NCBI GenBank assembly: GCA_048268245.1
Contig: JBLWVX010000016.1
Span: forward strand, 1 to 53,730
DNA: 53,730 bases
Source of the DNA: Arcobacteraceae bacterium
Lineage (GTDB): Bacteria; Campylobacterota; Campylobacteria; Campylobacterales; Arcobacteraceae
Reading direction: 5' to 3'
In this document: positions 37,433 through 47,486 of the stretch, one piece after another
Position numbering within the stretch: position 1 is the stretch's first letter
Layout: each line of letters begins with the position of its first letter
Notes under the pieces: generated by a model
Seen by the model: only the letters and a program-made list of their open reading frames with translations
Databases searched by the model: none
What the model was told of the DNA's origin: nothing
Translations under genes and position numbers: made by a program

Positions 37433-37490
37433 TAAGAGCTAATGCTCTTAGAAACTTCACATTTAGATAAGCACTTAGTGCTTATCTAAA
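37433..37490. repeat. Two intercistronic hairpins between the TAXI and permease genes
   Basis: TAAGAGC-TAAT-GCTCTTA (37433-37450) and TTTAGATAAGCAC-TTA-GTGCTTATCTAAA (37462-37490). Confidence 0.75.
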
Positions 37491-37512
37491 AATCTCACAC
37501 AAAGGATTTACT

Positions 37513-39636
37513 ATGGCTATTTATGAAGAAAAACCTCATAAACTTAGTGAATTAGAAGAAGAACAAGCTAATGAAACTGAAGCTGTTGTTAATGAACTAG
37601 AAGGTCAAAGAGTTTTCGGAAGAGAACACTATGAGTTTTGGCTGATTTCATCAATTGCATTAGCTTGGTCTTTATTTCAGCTTTATATAGTAATTGAACC
37701 TGTTAATTCAACAATTACAAGATCTGTTCACTTAAGTTTTGCCATGATTTTAGCTTTTTTAATCTATCCAATGTTTAAAAAAGAATATTTTTTAAGAAAA
37801 ATTAGATGGTTTGGTTATATGTTTGCAGCACTTGGTCTTATAAGTGCTGGATATATAGCTTTTATGTATAAAGAGCTTGCTTTAAGACCAGGTGATTACA
37901 CTTCACTTGATATTTTTATTGCATTATTTGCAATTGTAATTTTAATAGAAGCAGGAAGAAGAGTTTTAGGTTTTGCCTTAAGTTTAATCGCAATTGTCTT
38001 TATTGCATATGACTTATTAGGTCCTTATATGCCTGAACTTATTATTCACAAAGGTGCAAGTTTAAATAAACTAGCTGGACATATGTACTTAACAACTGAA
38101 GGTATTTTTGGTGTTCCCCTTGGAGTATCAGCTGGATTTGTATTCTTATTCGTACTTTTTGGTTCACTTTTAGATAAAGCAGGAGCTGGTGAATATTTTA
38201 TTAATTTAGCCTTTGCAATGCTAGGTAAATATAGAGGTGGTCCTGCAAAAGCTTCTGTTGTTGCTTCTGGATTTACAGGTATTATGTCTGGTTCTTCTAT
38301 TGCAAATACAGTTACAACTGGTACATTTACAATTCCATTAATGAAAAAAACTGGATTTAGACCTGAACAAGCGGGTGCAGTTGAAGTTGCTTCCTCTACA
38401 AATGGTCAGTTAATGCCTCCTGTTATGGGTGCTGCTGCATTTATTATTGCAGAGTTCTTAGGTATGGCATATACAGATGTAATTTTTGCTGCGTTTATTC
38501 CTGCATTTGTTTCATACTTTGCACTATTTTATATTGTTCACTTAGAAGCATTAAAATTAGGTTTAAAAGGTATGGATGATGAGGACTTACCTCCAAAATG
38601 GAAAACATTTGTGCAAGGTATTCACTATTTAGTTCCTATTTTCTTCTTACTATATACTCTTATGGTATTAAGAGAATCAGCTGCAAGTGCTGCATTTAAT
38701 GCAATTATGTTATTAATGATGTTAATGGTTGTTCAACACCCACTAAAAGCTATCATTACAGGTCAAAAATTAACTAGAGAAATTTGGTTATCAGGATTTA
38801 TAGATATTTTAGCAGGTATGATTAGTGGTGCTAAAAACATGGTTCCTATTGCAATTGCGACAGCTTTAGCTGGTATTGTAGTTGGATCTATTACATTAAC
38901 AGGACTTGGTCAAGTATTATTAGAAGTTATTGAGACATTATCAGGTGGAAACATCTTCTTAATTCTTATTTTAGCAGCTGTTATCTCACTTATTTTAGGT
39001 ATGGGATTACCAACAACTGCTAACTATATTGTAATGGCTTCATTAACTGCACCAGTTATTTTAGTGTTAGCTCAAGATAATGGATTCTTAATTCCAGCAA
39101 TCGCAGCACACTTATTTGTATTCTACTTTGGTATCTTAGCAGATGACACCCCACCTGTTGGTCTGGCCGCCTATGCAGCTGCAGGTATTGCAAAGGCTGA
39201 TCCAATTAAAACGGGTATTCAAGGGTTTAAATACGATATTAGAACAGCTATATTACCGTTTATGTTCTTCTTTAACCCAGAATTACTATTAATTGCTGAA
39301 GTAGATGAATTAAACCCTGCAAACCCTGCTGGTTGGATATGGATTACAAACCCTATTGATATTATTGTAATATTCTCAACATCGCTTATTGGTATGTTGG
39401 CATTCTCATGTTTCTCTCAAGGATACTTTATTACAAAAGCAAATGTAATTGAGAGATTTATCTTTTTAAGTATAGTTCCATTTATGTTCTTACCTAAGAT
39501 AGTTGAATCATTCTTAAATTTACCAACACACTATATCTCTTATGTTATAGGTATTGGAATTTTTGCTATTCTTTATGTTTTACAAAAAGCAAAAGATAAA
39601 GCTTCTAAAGTTTCAGTTCACGAATCGGAACTTTAA
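37513..39636 (+). CDS. TRAP transporter fused (4TM/12TM) permease
   Basis: EGIFGVP, GGPAK, SGSSIAN, STNGQLMPPVMGAAAF, GMGLPTTANY, TPPV.LAAYAAA. Confidence 0.94.
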   Translation: MAIYEEKPHKLSELEEEQANETEAVVNELEGQRVFGREHYEFWLISSIALAWSLFQLYIVIEPVNSTITRSVHLSFAMILAFLIYPMFKKEYFLRKIRWFGYMFAALGLISAGYIAFMYKELALRPGDYTSLDIFIALFAIVILIEAGRRVLGFALSLIAIVFIAYDLLGPYMPELIIHKGASLNKLAGHMYLTTEGIFGVPLGVSAGFVFLFVLFGSLLDKAGAGEYFINLAFAMLGKYRGGPAKASVVASGFTGIMSGSSIANTVTTGTFTIPLMKKTGFRPEQAGAVEVASSTNGQLMPPVMGAAAFIIAEFLGMAYTDVIFAAFIPAFVSYFALFYIVHLEALKLGLKGMDDEDLPPKWKTFVQGIHYLVPIFFLLYTLMVLRESAASAAFNAIMLLMMLMVVQHPLKAIITGQKLTREIWLSGFIDILAGMISGAKNMVPIAIATALAGIVVGSITLTGLGQVLLEVIETLSGGNIFLILILAAVISLILGMGLPTTANYIVMASLTAPVILVLAQDNGFLIPAIAAHLFVFYFGILADDTPPVGLAAYAAAGIAKADPIKTGIQGFKYDIRTAILPFMFFFNPELLLIAEVDELNPANPAGWIWITNPIDIIVIFSTSLIGMLAFSCFSQGYFITKANVIERFIFLSIVPFMFLPKIVESFLNLPTHYISYVIGIGIFAILYVLQKAKDKASKVSVHESEL

Positions 39637-39643
39637 AAACTAT

Positions 39644-39680
39644 AAAAAAAGGGGAAAGAGCTTTGCTCTTTCCCCTTTTT
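39644..39680. terminator. Bidirectional intrinsic terminator
   Basis: A7-GGGGAAAGAGC-TTT-GCTCTTTCCCC-T5 between convergent genes. Confidence 0.9.
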
Positions 39681-39701
39681 AATTCTAATATAAAAAACAG
39701 A

Positions 39702-40421
39702 CTATTTAATAAATGGCTTTTCTATAATATATCCGTAACCTTTATGAGATATAACAAAGTCATCTTCAATAATCTTATCTTTTAATCTTTTCATTACCGT
39801 TCTAAATGCAGAATCATTTGTATCAATATCTCCCCAAACTTGTTCTTTGAAAGTCTCGACTGATACAACTTCTCCTAGGTTCTTAATTAACACACCTAAA
39901 ATATCAGACTCTTTTTTAGAAAGCTTAACTATATTTTCTTGATTGTATAGTTTGTCATTTGCAAGATTATATGTATATGTTTTATTTAGTTCAATTAAAT
40001 CACTATTTTTAGAACTATCTTTTTTATCTTCTAATACTTCTTTTTTAGCTTTTTGAAGCATTTCCATCATATTATCAATATTTAATGGTTTTACAAAATA
40101 TCCTAAAACTCTAAGGTTAATTAATTTTAGTAAATCCTCTTCATTTTTATGGGCACTTACTATAATAAATCTTTGTTCTGGCACAAGTTTTAAAATCTCT
40201 TCAATCATATCCATACCATTTTTATTTGGCATTTTAAGATCTGTTAGAACTAAATCGAACTCTTTATTGTTTTGTAGATTCTCTTTAATAATAGAAAAAC
40301 CTTCATCTCCATCATTTGCAACAACTACTTCATCAAATATAGTATTTAAATAAAAAGCAAGAGTTTTTCTTGCAACATCTTCATCTTCTACTAATAATAC
40401 TCTTGTTTTATATTCACTCAT
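39702..40421 (-). CDS. OmpR-family response regulator
   Basis: VLLVEDE, LTDLKMP, VKP, C-terminal wHTH (KGYGY). Confidence 0.92.
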   Translation of the reverse strand: MSEYKTRVLLVEDEDVARKTLAFYLNTIFDEVVVANDGDEGFSIIKENLQNNKEFDLVLTDLKMPNKNGMDMIEEILKLVPEQRFIIVSAHKNEEDLLKLINLRVLGYFVKPLNIDNMMEMLQKAKKEVLEDKKDSSKNSDLIELNKTYTYNLANDKLYNQENIVKLSKKESDILGVLIKNLGEVVSVETFKEQVWGDIDTNDSAFRTVMKRLKDKIIEDDFVISHKGYGYIIEKPFIK

Positions 40422-40480
40422 ATTTCTTCTTTCAAACTTCCCTAATATTATAAATAACTAGTATTATATCAAATTTTTCA

Positions 40481-43015
40481 TTAAGCTGATAGTTTTATTA
40501 TAAACTCTACACCATCATCTTTATTGAATGCTTCTATTTTACCTTTCATATTCTTTTCAATGATTATTTTTGCCATATAAAGACCTATTCCAGTACCTTG
40601 GTTTTCAAACTTTGTTGTAAAGTATGGCTCAAACATTCTATCTAATACCTCTTTTTGAACATTACCACAGTTATTAGAAATAGAAATAATGATATCCTCA
40701 TTTTTTCTAATATCAATTAAGACTTTTGGATTAAACTTTTCTTCTTTCTTTTTTATAATTGCAGCATCAACTGCATTATTTAAAATATTTACAATAACTT
40801 GTTCAAACTCATTTTCGTAATTTTCAATTTCTACTTTATCCCCAAGTATTTCTAAATCAACACCATTTTGCTCAAAAGAAGTAGCAACAATCTTAGAGCT
40901 TTGAACTAAAGACTGTTTTATATCAAATATCTTTTTATCTTTTGTTGGTTGATAAAAGTTTCTAAAATCATCAATAGTTTGACTCATATAATCAATCTGA
41001 AGCTTAGCACTAGCAACAGATTCATGTAAATCTTCTTTAGTAAAGTTTTTAAAATTATCTCTTATAAAATGAAGTAAAAGGTTAATATTATTTAAAGGCT
41101 GTCTCCATTGGTGTGCAATATTACCAAGCATTTCACCCATTGAAGCCATTTTATTTTGTTGAATCAACATCCTATCTTTCTCTATATTCTTTTCAACTTC
41201 TTCTTTTACTCTTACTTTTAAATCTTCTTCATTCATTTTTATTTTAGTAATATCATTTAAATAACCATATAAAGAGGTAACTTGTCCATAATCATCTTTG
41301 ACTAAAATTGTTCTATTATAAACCCATTTTATATTTTTTTGTTTGTCAATTACTCTATGAATACTCGTAAATGAAGATTCATCATTATTAATAGCTTTAC
41401 TAATTCTATTTTGTAGTTTTAACACATCTTTTTCATATACGAAAGAGAAGAAAGCATTATTTGTATCAATAAATTCTAAAGGAGAATATCCATAAGTTTC
41501 AATACTTTTTGATACAAATTTAACTGTTAGATCATCATTATTTTGCCATCTAAAAATTACAATTCGCCCAAATTCTGTTAGAAGTTCTACATCTCTTAAC
41601 TCTTTAGTTAAATTCATTCTATCATCAATATCCATTGACATCATAAGCATTCTGCTTTCATTTTCATCAATAAAAGCTTTTCCTCTAACTAAAACCCACT
41701 TGTAATCACCTCTTTTATCTCTTAACCTATATTCACATATAAAGTGTTCACTTTGACCTTCTACATGCTTACTAAACTTCTTTAAAACTTCTGGTTTATC
41801 ATCTTCATGAACTAAAGTAAGCCATTCTTTAAAGTTTTGAATTTCATCACGTTTATAACCAAACATATTAAGCCATTTATTTGAAAAGAAGATTTTATTT
41901 GTTTTAAGATTTACATCCCATAATCCATCATTTGAGGCAATAATTGCAAGTTCATATCTATCTTTCCATTTAGTTAATAAAAGATTTTTTCTCTCTAGCC
42001 TTTTGTTATATCTATTGAAAATAGAATTAATAAACCTACCAAAAATATTGGCTGTTGTAATAAGTAAAATAGCTACAAAAAGAATTAAAAAAATACCAAT
42101 TAACATTCTATTTTCTTGATCTAGTTTTATCTCTTTTTTTCTTTTTTCTATATAATTATTTTTAACTATTATCTTATAATTATATTTAGGAAAGGTATAT
42201 ACAAAGTTATTATTATCAAGTAAATCGAATCTATTTATATCTTTTACTAAAATTCTTTTATTTTTACCATTATAATTATAAACAACCTTCTCATTTATGT
42301 CATAGAAAACAAAATGCGCTTTTTTTTCTAACTTACTTGAACTTGATAATGAACTTAAAATAGCTTGCTTAGTAAGTGCTTTTAAATCATCTACTTTTGA
42401 GAAAACTCCAAGCATTAAACCATTTGGATTAATAAAATTAAAATAAGACAATCTAACTTCTCTTTTTTGATTATCTATCCAATAAGTCATATTATCATTA
42501 CTGTTATATTGGATATTTCTAAGCATAAAATGATTAAACTTTTTTGATACAATCTTTGAGTTAGTTTGTTTTCTTAAATATTCTAAGATTGAGCGTCCAT
42601 AAAGAACATTATATTTTATTGCATCAAAAAGAATAAACTCAACATTTTGAGTCTGCTCTAAATTATAGATATAATTTTCTAATATCTCATAATCAATTGC
42701 TTTATTACTTAAAAGAAAAGACCTTGTATAACCTTTTACTTCATAGACATATTTTATAAGATTGTTTTCTTGAGAGTCAATTTTTTCACTTCTTTTGATA
42801 TTTATAAGACTTATATATTCACTTAAAATATTTTGATTATAAAAATTTTCTCTTTGTTCTAAAAGTTTTACTTTATTTATTTCTTGATATTTATAAAAAA
42901 AGAATACTACAAAAGATGAAAATATGGCAAGGATTATTACGAAAAGTAAAGGAGTATAAACTATTTGGTTTTTAATATCTGAGAGTGTATAAAACTTCTT
43001 TTTTTTAAAAACCAT
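40481..43015 (-). CDS. Sensor histidine kinase (large periplasmic sensor, two PAS/PAC domains)
   Basis: Two TMs around a ~270-aa periplasmic region, PAS (DGLWD...YKWVLVRG), second PAS, IAHQWRQPL, GTGIGL. Confidence 0.9.
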   Translation of the reverse strand: MVFKKKKFYTLSDIKNQIVYTPLLFVIILAIFSSFVVFFFYKYQEINKVKLLEQRENFYNQNILSEYISLINIKRSEKIDSQENNLIKYVYEVKGYTRSFLLSNKAIDYEILENYIYNLEQTQNVEFILFDAIKYNVLYGRSILEYLRKQTNSKIVSKKFNHFMLRNIQYNSNDNMTYWIDNQKREVRLSYFNFINPNGLMLGVFSKVDDLKALTKQAILSSLSSSSKLEKKAHFVFYDINEKVVYNYNGKNKRILVKDINRFDLLDNNNFVYTFPKYNYKIIVKNNYIEKRKKEIKLDQENRMLIGIFLILFVAILLITTANIFGRFINSIFNRYNKRLERKNLLLTKWKDRYELAIIASNDGLWDVNLKTNKIFFSNKWLNMFGYKRDEIQNFKEWLTLVHEDDKPEVLKKFSKHVEGQSEHFICEYRLRDKRGDYKWVLVRGKAFIDENESRMLMMSMDIDDRMNLTKELRDVELLTEFGRIVIFRWQNNDDLTVKFVSKSIETYGYSPLEFIDTNNAFFSFVYEKDVLKLQNRISKAINNDESSFTSIHRVIDKQKNIKWVYNRTILVKDDYGQVTSLYGYLNDITKIKMNEEDLKVRVKEEVEKNIEKDRMLIQQNKMASMGEMLGNIAHQWRQPLNNINLLLHFIRDNFKNFTKEDLHESVASAKLQIDYMSQTIDDFRNFYQPTKDKKIFDIKQSLVQSSKIVATSFEQNGVDLEILGDKVEIENYENEFEQVIVNILNNAVDAAIIKKKEEKFNPKVLIDIRKNEDIIISISNNCGNVQKEVLDRMFEPYFTTKFENQGTGIGLYMAKIIIEKNMKGKIEAFNKDDGVEFIIKLSA

Positions 43016-43027
43016 AAATTATCCTTC

Positions 43028-43750
43028 CTAATATTTTATTTTTGCCAAGTACAAGCCATTTGGTAAAGCTGGTACTTTGTATATATGCTTTTTTAAATTT
43101 AATTGTTCTATTAAATCTTCTTTTGTAAGTTTTTTTCTTGAAATTTGTAATAAAAAACCTACCATTAGTCTTATTTGTGAACGTAAATAAGAGTTTGCTT
43201 CAAACCTAAAAACATAAACTCCCTTATATTTATAAAAAGAAGCATTAAAAACTTCTCTTACTGTTATATCTTTATCACTTCCCATTTTATGGAAATATCT
43301 AAAGTCATGTTCACCTATAAACTCTTTTATAGCATCACTAATAAGCTCTTCATTTATATTTTCTTCATAAGTTACAAATTTATTATTAAAAGGAGTTGTT
43401 GGTTTAGTGGTTACTAAATATCTATAAACTCTTTTTTTAGCATGAAATCTAGAATGAAAATTTTCATTAACTTTCATAAGACTGTTTATTTTAATAGAAC
43501 TTGGTAACTGCCTATTTAAAACATCTTTTAACTTAACAAAGTCACTCCAAAACTCAGGAATCTGACAATTAAAAACCTGCCCTGTTGCATGAACTTCTTT
43601 ATCAGTTCGTCCGCTTAAAACTATTTTTGTTTCAATATTTATTCTTTTAAATACTTTTAGAAGTTCATCTTCTACAGTTCCACCCTCAGGTTGGCGTTGT
43701 GAGCCTTTATAAAGGGACCCATCATAGGAAATATTAAATTTTACATTCAT
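43028..43750 (-). CDS. truA: tRNA pseudouridine(38-40) synthase
   Basis: YDGS.Y.G.Q.Q, SGRTD..VHA.GQ, FHSRF, YLRSQIR, GLYL. Confidence 0.95.
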   Translation of the reverse strand: MNVKFNISYDGSLYKGSQRQPEGGTVEDELLKVFKRINIETKIVLSGRTDKEVHATGQVFNCQIPEFWSDFVKLKDVLNRQLPSSIKINSLMKVNENFHSRFHAKKRVYRYLVTTKPTTPFNNKFVTYEENINEELISDAIKEFIGEHDFRYFHKMGSDKDITVREVFNASFYKYKGVYVFRFEANSYLRSQIRLMVGFLLQISRKKLTKEDLIEQLNLKKHIYKVPALPNGLYLAKIKY

Positions 43751-43753
43751 TTA

Positions 43754-44770
43754 TTAATACTCTTTTTTAACAGTTCTAGTAAAAATAAAATATCCAAGAG
43801 AAATCCATACTAAAGGTAATACATATAAACTATGTAATAATAGATTTTTACCTAAAGATTTTGCTACTATATAATAAATAACAGCTGCCATTATAGAATA
43901 CATAACTGCTCTATTTTTTTCATATCTTGGATTAAAGTAGCCAAAAGAAACAACTAAAAATAGAGATAATAAAGGAAACATTGATGCTAAGATAAAGAAG
44001 GTAAAGTCATCAATATCCTCACCTTTTTTTATCTTATTATTCCAATAATTAATAGTAGTTGTAAACTGACCCATTCTACTGTTTGCAATAGAGTCATTAA
44101 TTAGCATTGATTTAAAATTGATTTGATTTATCTCTTTTTCATCAATAAAAAAGGCTTTTCCTTCATCTAACTTGAAAGTTAAATCACCTTTATCATTTTT
44201 TAAAACGGCTGAATCACTTATTATAAATTGATCTTTGTTATATTGTGTTTTAAATAGTTTGATTTGATTATATGTTTTATCATCTTTGTCTTGAATATAA
44301 ATCAACCAATCTCCAAACTTTTGACCAAATTCAGATGCTTTGATATTAAAATTAGCTTCTTTCTTTTTCACGTCTAAAAACTGCTTTGTTAAAAACTTTG
44401 TTTTCGGAATAAGACCAACAGATACAACGACTAATGCAATTGATAAAAGTAGTGTTAAAGGTAAAAATATCTTCATTACTTTTAATGGATTTAAACCAAA
44501 TGAAGTAATAACTGTAAGTTCATATTCACTTGCTAATTTAGATAAAGTAATAACTAGTGAAATAAAAAATGAAATAGGCATTGTGTAAAATACAATTTGA
44601 GGTATAACATAACTATATAATTGAAATAACTCTAAAAAATTAATTGTGATAATTGATGTTAAAGAAGCAATTTTTACTAAAAATACAACTGATGTTATAA
44701 AATATAATCCAAAGAATATTGGGAAAAATGTAATTGCTAACTGAGAATATAAATATTGTTTTAATTTCAA
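43754..44770 (-). CDS. LptF/LptG-family LPS export permease
   Basis: Three TMs, periplasmic beta domain, three TMs; L...ELTV..SFGL.P motif. Confidence 0.82.
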   Translation of the reverse strand: MKLKQYLYSQLAITFFPIFFGLYFITSVVFLVKIASLTSIITINFLELFQLYSYVIPQIVFYTMPISFFISLVITLSKLASEYELTVITSFGLNPLKVMKIFLPLTLLLSIALVVVSVGLIPKTKFLTKQFLDVKKKEANFNIKASEFGQKFGDWLIYIQDKDDKTYNQIKLFKTQYNKDQFIISDSAVLKNDKGDLTFKLDEGKAFFIDEKEINQINFKSMLINDSIANSRMGQFTTTINYWNNKIKKGEDIDDFTFFILASMFPLLSLFLVVSFGYFNPRYEKNRAVMYSIMAAVIYYIVAKSLGKNLLLHSLYVLPLVWISLGYFIFTRTVKKEY

Positions 44771-45537
44771 ATACTAACCTTTAAAAAATCTTCTATTATA
44801 AAAAAATATTCAACATAAAAACCTAAAACTAAATATGGAATAAAGGGAGTTTGAACATCTTTTTTTATAAAACTTGAATAAATTGATGGTATTATAGCAA
44901 AAATTGAGGCTAAAAATACAGCTATTACGGCTGCTTTTACTCCAAGAACTACTGCAATTAATGCTAAGATTGGGATATCCCCTTCACCTAAGGCTTCTTG
45001 AGTTCTTAAACTTTCATTTTTTGTAAGCCTTGATTTTATATTTTGTACATAAAATGTTAATACAAAATTTAATAAAACAAAAGCTCCTGAAAAAATAAAA
45101 GCACTTTTAAAAGCTTCCAATATAGGTTGAGTTGTTACAAAAAAAGATAGAACTAAAGCAATAAGTAAAAGATAATCAGGAACTGCTTTATATTTAAAAT
45201 CTATAAAACTAAGAGTTAAAAGTATATAAAAAAGTATTATTGAAATAAAAAACTCATAAGAAAGTTGGAACTTTATAAAAAAAACTAAGGTAAGACAAGC
45301 ACTCAATAGCTCAACTATAAAATAACTTGCAGGTATTTTTTCTTTACAAAACCCACATTTTGCTTTTAAAAAAATATAAGAGAGTAAAGGTATATTATAA
45401 TACCAAGGAATCATACTCTTACATGAAGGACAAAAACTTCTAGGAGTAACTATTGACAAACCTTGGGGCAATCTTGAAATTAGTACATTTAAAAATGAAC
45501 CAATAACTGCCCCAAATATAAAGCTAAACAGCTCCAA
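44767..45537 (-). CDS. Prepilin peptidase (A24 family)
   Basis: GSFLNV..RLP, CPSC/CGFC Zn pairs, catalytic FID...PD and LGEGD; likely TTG start at 45537 rather than 45564. Confidence 0.9.
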   Translation of the reverse strand: MELFSFIFGAVIGSFLNVLISRLPQGLSIVTPRSFCPSCKSMIPWYYNIPLLSYIFLKAKCGFCKEKIPASYFIVELLSACLTLVFFIKFQLSYEFFISIILFYILLTLSFIDFKYKAVPDYLLLIALVLSFFVTTQPILEAFKSAFIFSGAFVLLNFVLTFYVQNIKSRLTKNESLRTQEALGEGDIPILALIAVVLGVKAAVIAVFLASIFAIIPSIYSSFIKKDVQTPFIPYLVLGFYVEYFFIIEDFLKVSI

Positions 45538-46213
45538 ATCTTCGCTCTCTTGAATTAAAATCACTTATAATATCATCTAATTCATGACTATTAAAATCAG
45601 GCCAGTAAGTTTGAGTGAAAAACATCTCAGAATAGGCATTTTGCCATAATAAATAATTTGAAAGTCTAACTTCACCACTTGTTCTAATCATAATATCTAC
45701 ATCAGGAATACCTGCTGTATCCAAACAAGACTCTAAGTTTTCTTCAGTTACTTCTAAACCTTTATCATTTAACTTTTTAACTGCTCTTACAATTTCATCT
45801 TTTGAACCATAGTTTAATGCTAGAACTTGAGTTAAACCATCACATTTTGATGTTTTTTCTTCTGTTTGGCTAATAGTTTCTTGAAGTTTCTTAGAAAACT
45901 TACTTAAATCACCAATAGCCTTAAAACGAATATTATTTTTTAAATATACTTCAAGTTCATTTTTAAGATACTTATCTAAAAGTTTCATCAAAAATTCTAC
46001 TTCAAGTTTTGGTCTTTTCCAATTTTCAGTTGAAAAGGCATATAAAGTAAGATATTTTACACCTATACTCATACAATACTTTGTGATATTTCTTACCACT
46101 TTAGCACCCTCTTCATGTCCTGCTGTTCTTTTTAAACCTCGCTCTTTAGCCCATCTTCCATTTCCATCCATTATCATGGCTATATGAGTTGGGATTCTTT
46201 GTTCATTATTCAT
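45524..46213 (-). CDS. uppS: Undecaprenyl diphosphate synthase
   Basis: HIAMIMDGNGRWA, AFSTENWKRP, RTSGE.RLSNYLLWQ, RRFG. Confidence 0.97.
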   Translation of the reverse strand: MNNEQRIPTHIAMIMDGNGRWAKERGLKRTAGHEEGAKVVRNITKYCMSIGVKYLTLYAFSTENWKRPKLEVEFLMKLLDKYLKNELEVYLKNNIRFKAIGDLSKFSKKLQETISQTEEKTSKCDGLTQVLALNYGSKDEIVRAVKKLNDKGLEVTEENLESCLDTAGIPDVDIMIRTSGEVRLSNYLLWQNAYSEMFFTQTYWPDFNSHELDDIISDFNSRERRFGAV

Positions 46214-47477
46214 TATCTACAAACTCATTTTGTAGTCTATTTAAAATTCCCATTGATATATTTAACTTCTCTCCTTTAAAAGAAAAAGAGTTATTCTTTA
46301 AGATAAGTTCTATTTCATTTGTATTAGAACCAAAACTATTCTCATCATTTAAAATATTTAAACAAACTGCATCAAGATTTTTATTTTCTAACATTGAAGA
46401 AGCAGAATTTAAAGCTGTTACTTCATCCATTTCAGCTTTAAAACCAATACTAATCATTTCACTTTTATCAAGAGAACTTAAAATATCAATATTCTTTTTA
46501 AGTTCTAAGTTCCAAGACTCTCCAATCATCTCTTTTTTCATTTTCCCTTCTTGTGGGAATTTAGGAATATAATCACTAATGGCAGCAACCATAAATAAAA
46601 ATGGAGTTTTTTGAATAAGTTCAGGTCTTGAATCATCCATTAAAGTTGTTTTTGTTAAAACACCTTTTTTAGCAACTCTTACTGAATCAACTAAATACTC
46701 ATACATTTCTTGTGAGCTTTGTACCGAAATCACATGAATATCACTTGGTAAATCTTCATGTCCTCTTGAACTAACTAAACATACCTCTGCACCTTTTAAG
46801 TAAAGTGCCATTGCTAAAGATGAAGCCATTTTTCCAGAAGAGAAGTTTGATAGATATCTTACATCATCAATCTTCTCAACTGTACCACCACCACTTAGCA
46901 CAACTTTTCTATTTACCCAATACTCATCTTTTAGAAGTTCTCTTGCAGTTGCATAAAATATAGCTTCAGGATCAGCCATCGCTCCATCCCCAACATCCTT
47001 ACAAACAAGCTCTTTTGTTTGTGTTTGAATAATTTCAAAATTACAAAGTTTAAGCATTTTCATACTTGCTTGTGTTATTGGATTTCTAAGCATATTTGTA
47101 TTAGCAGCAGGTGCTAAAAGCTTCATTCTTGGATAGGCAAGAGCTACTTGTGTAAGTAAGTTATCTGCAATTCCATTTGAAAGTTTATTTATAGTATTTG
47201 CACTACATGGAGCTATTACAAAAATATCTGACCATTTTCCTATATCAATATGATTATAGTCTTGATTTTTGTCCCAACTCTCATTTGATTCTTCTAAAAC
47301 TTTACTTTGAGAAATAGCTTCAAAAGTAATAGGTGAAATAAACTTTTTTGCACCTTCTGTCATTATAACTCTAACTTTTGCACCTGCTTTTATATAAAGT
47401 CTAATTAAATCAAGTGTTTTATAAATTGCAATAGAACCTGTTACTGCAACTAAAATTTTTTTATCTTTTAATAACAT
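46206..47477 (-). CDS. coaBC: Phosphopantothenoylcysteine decarboxylase/ligase
   Basis: VTGSIA.YK, APCSAN, PAANTNM, IDDVRYLSNFSSGKM, AAISDY, GFKAE. Confidence 0.95.
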   Translation of the reverse strand: MLLKDKKILVAVTGSIAIYKTLDLIRLYIKAGAKVRVIMTEGAKKFISPITFEAISQSKVLEESNESWDKNQDYNHIDIGKWSDIFVIAPCSANTINKLSNGIADNLLTQVALAYPRMKLLAPAANTNMLRNPITQASMKMLKLCNFEIIQTQTKELVCKDVGDGAMADPEAIFYATARELLKDEYWVNRKVVLSGGGTVEKIDDVRYLSNFSSGKMASSLAMALYLKGAEVCLVSSRGHEDLPSDIHVISVQSSQEMYEYLVDSVRVAKKGVLTKTTLMDDSRPELIQKTPFLFMVAAISDYIPKFPQEGKMKKEMIGESWNLELKKNIDILSSLDKSEMISIGFKAEMDEVTALNSASSMLENKNLDAVCLNILNDENSFGSNTNEIELILKNNSFSFKGEKLNISMGILNRLQNEFVDNE

Positions 47478-47486
47478 CTATCTTCT

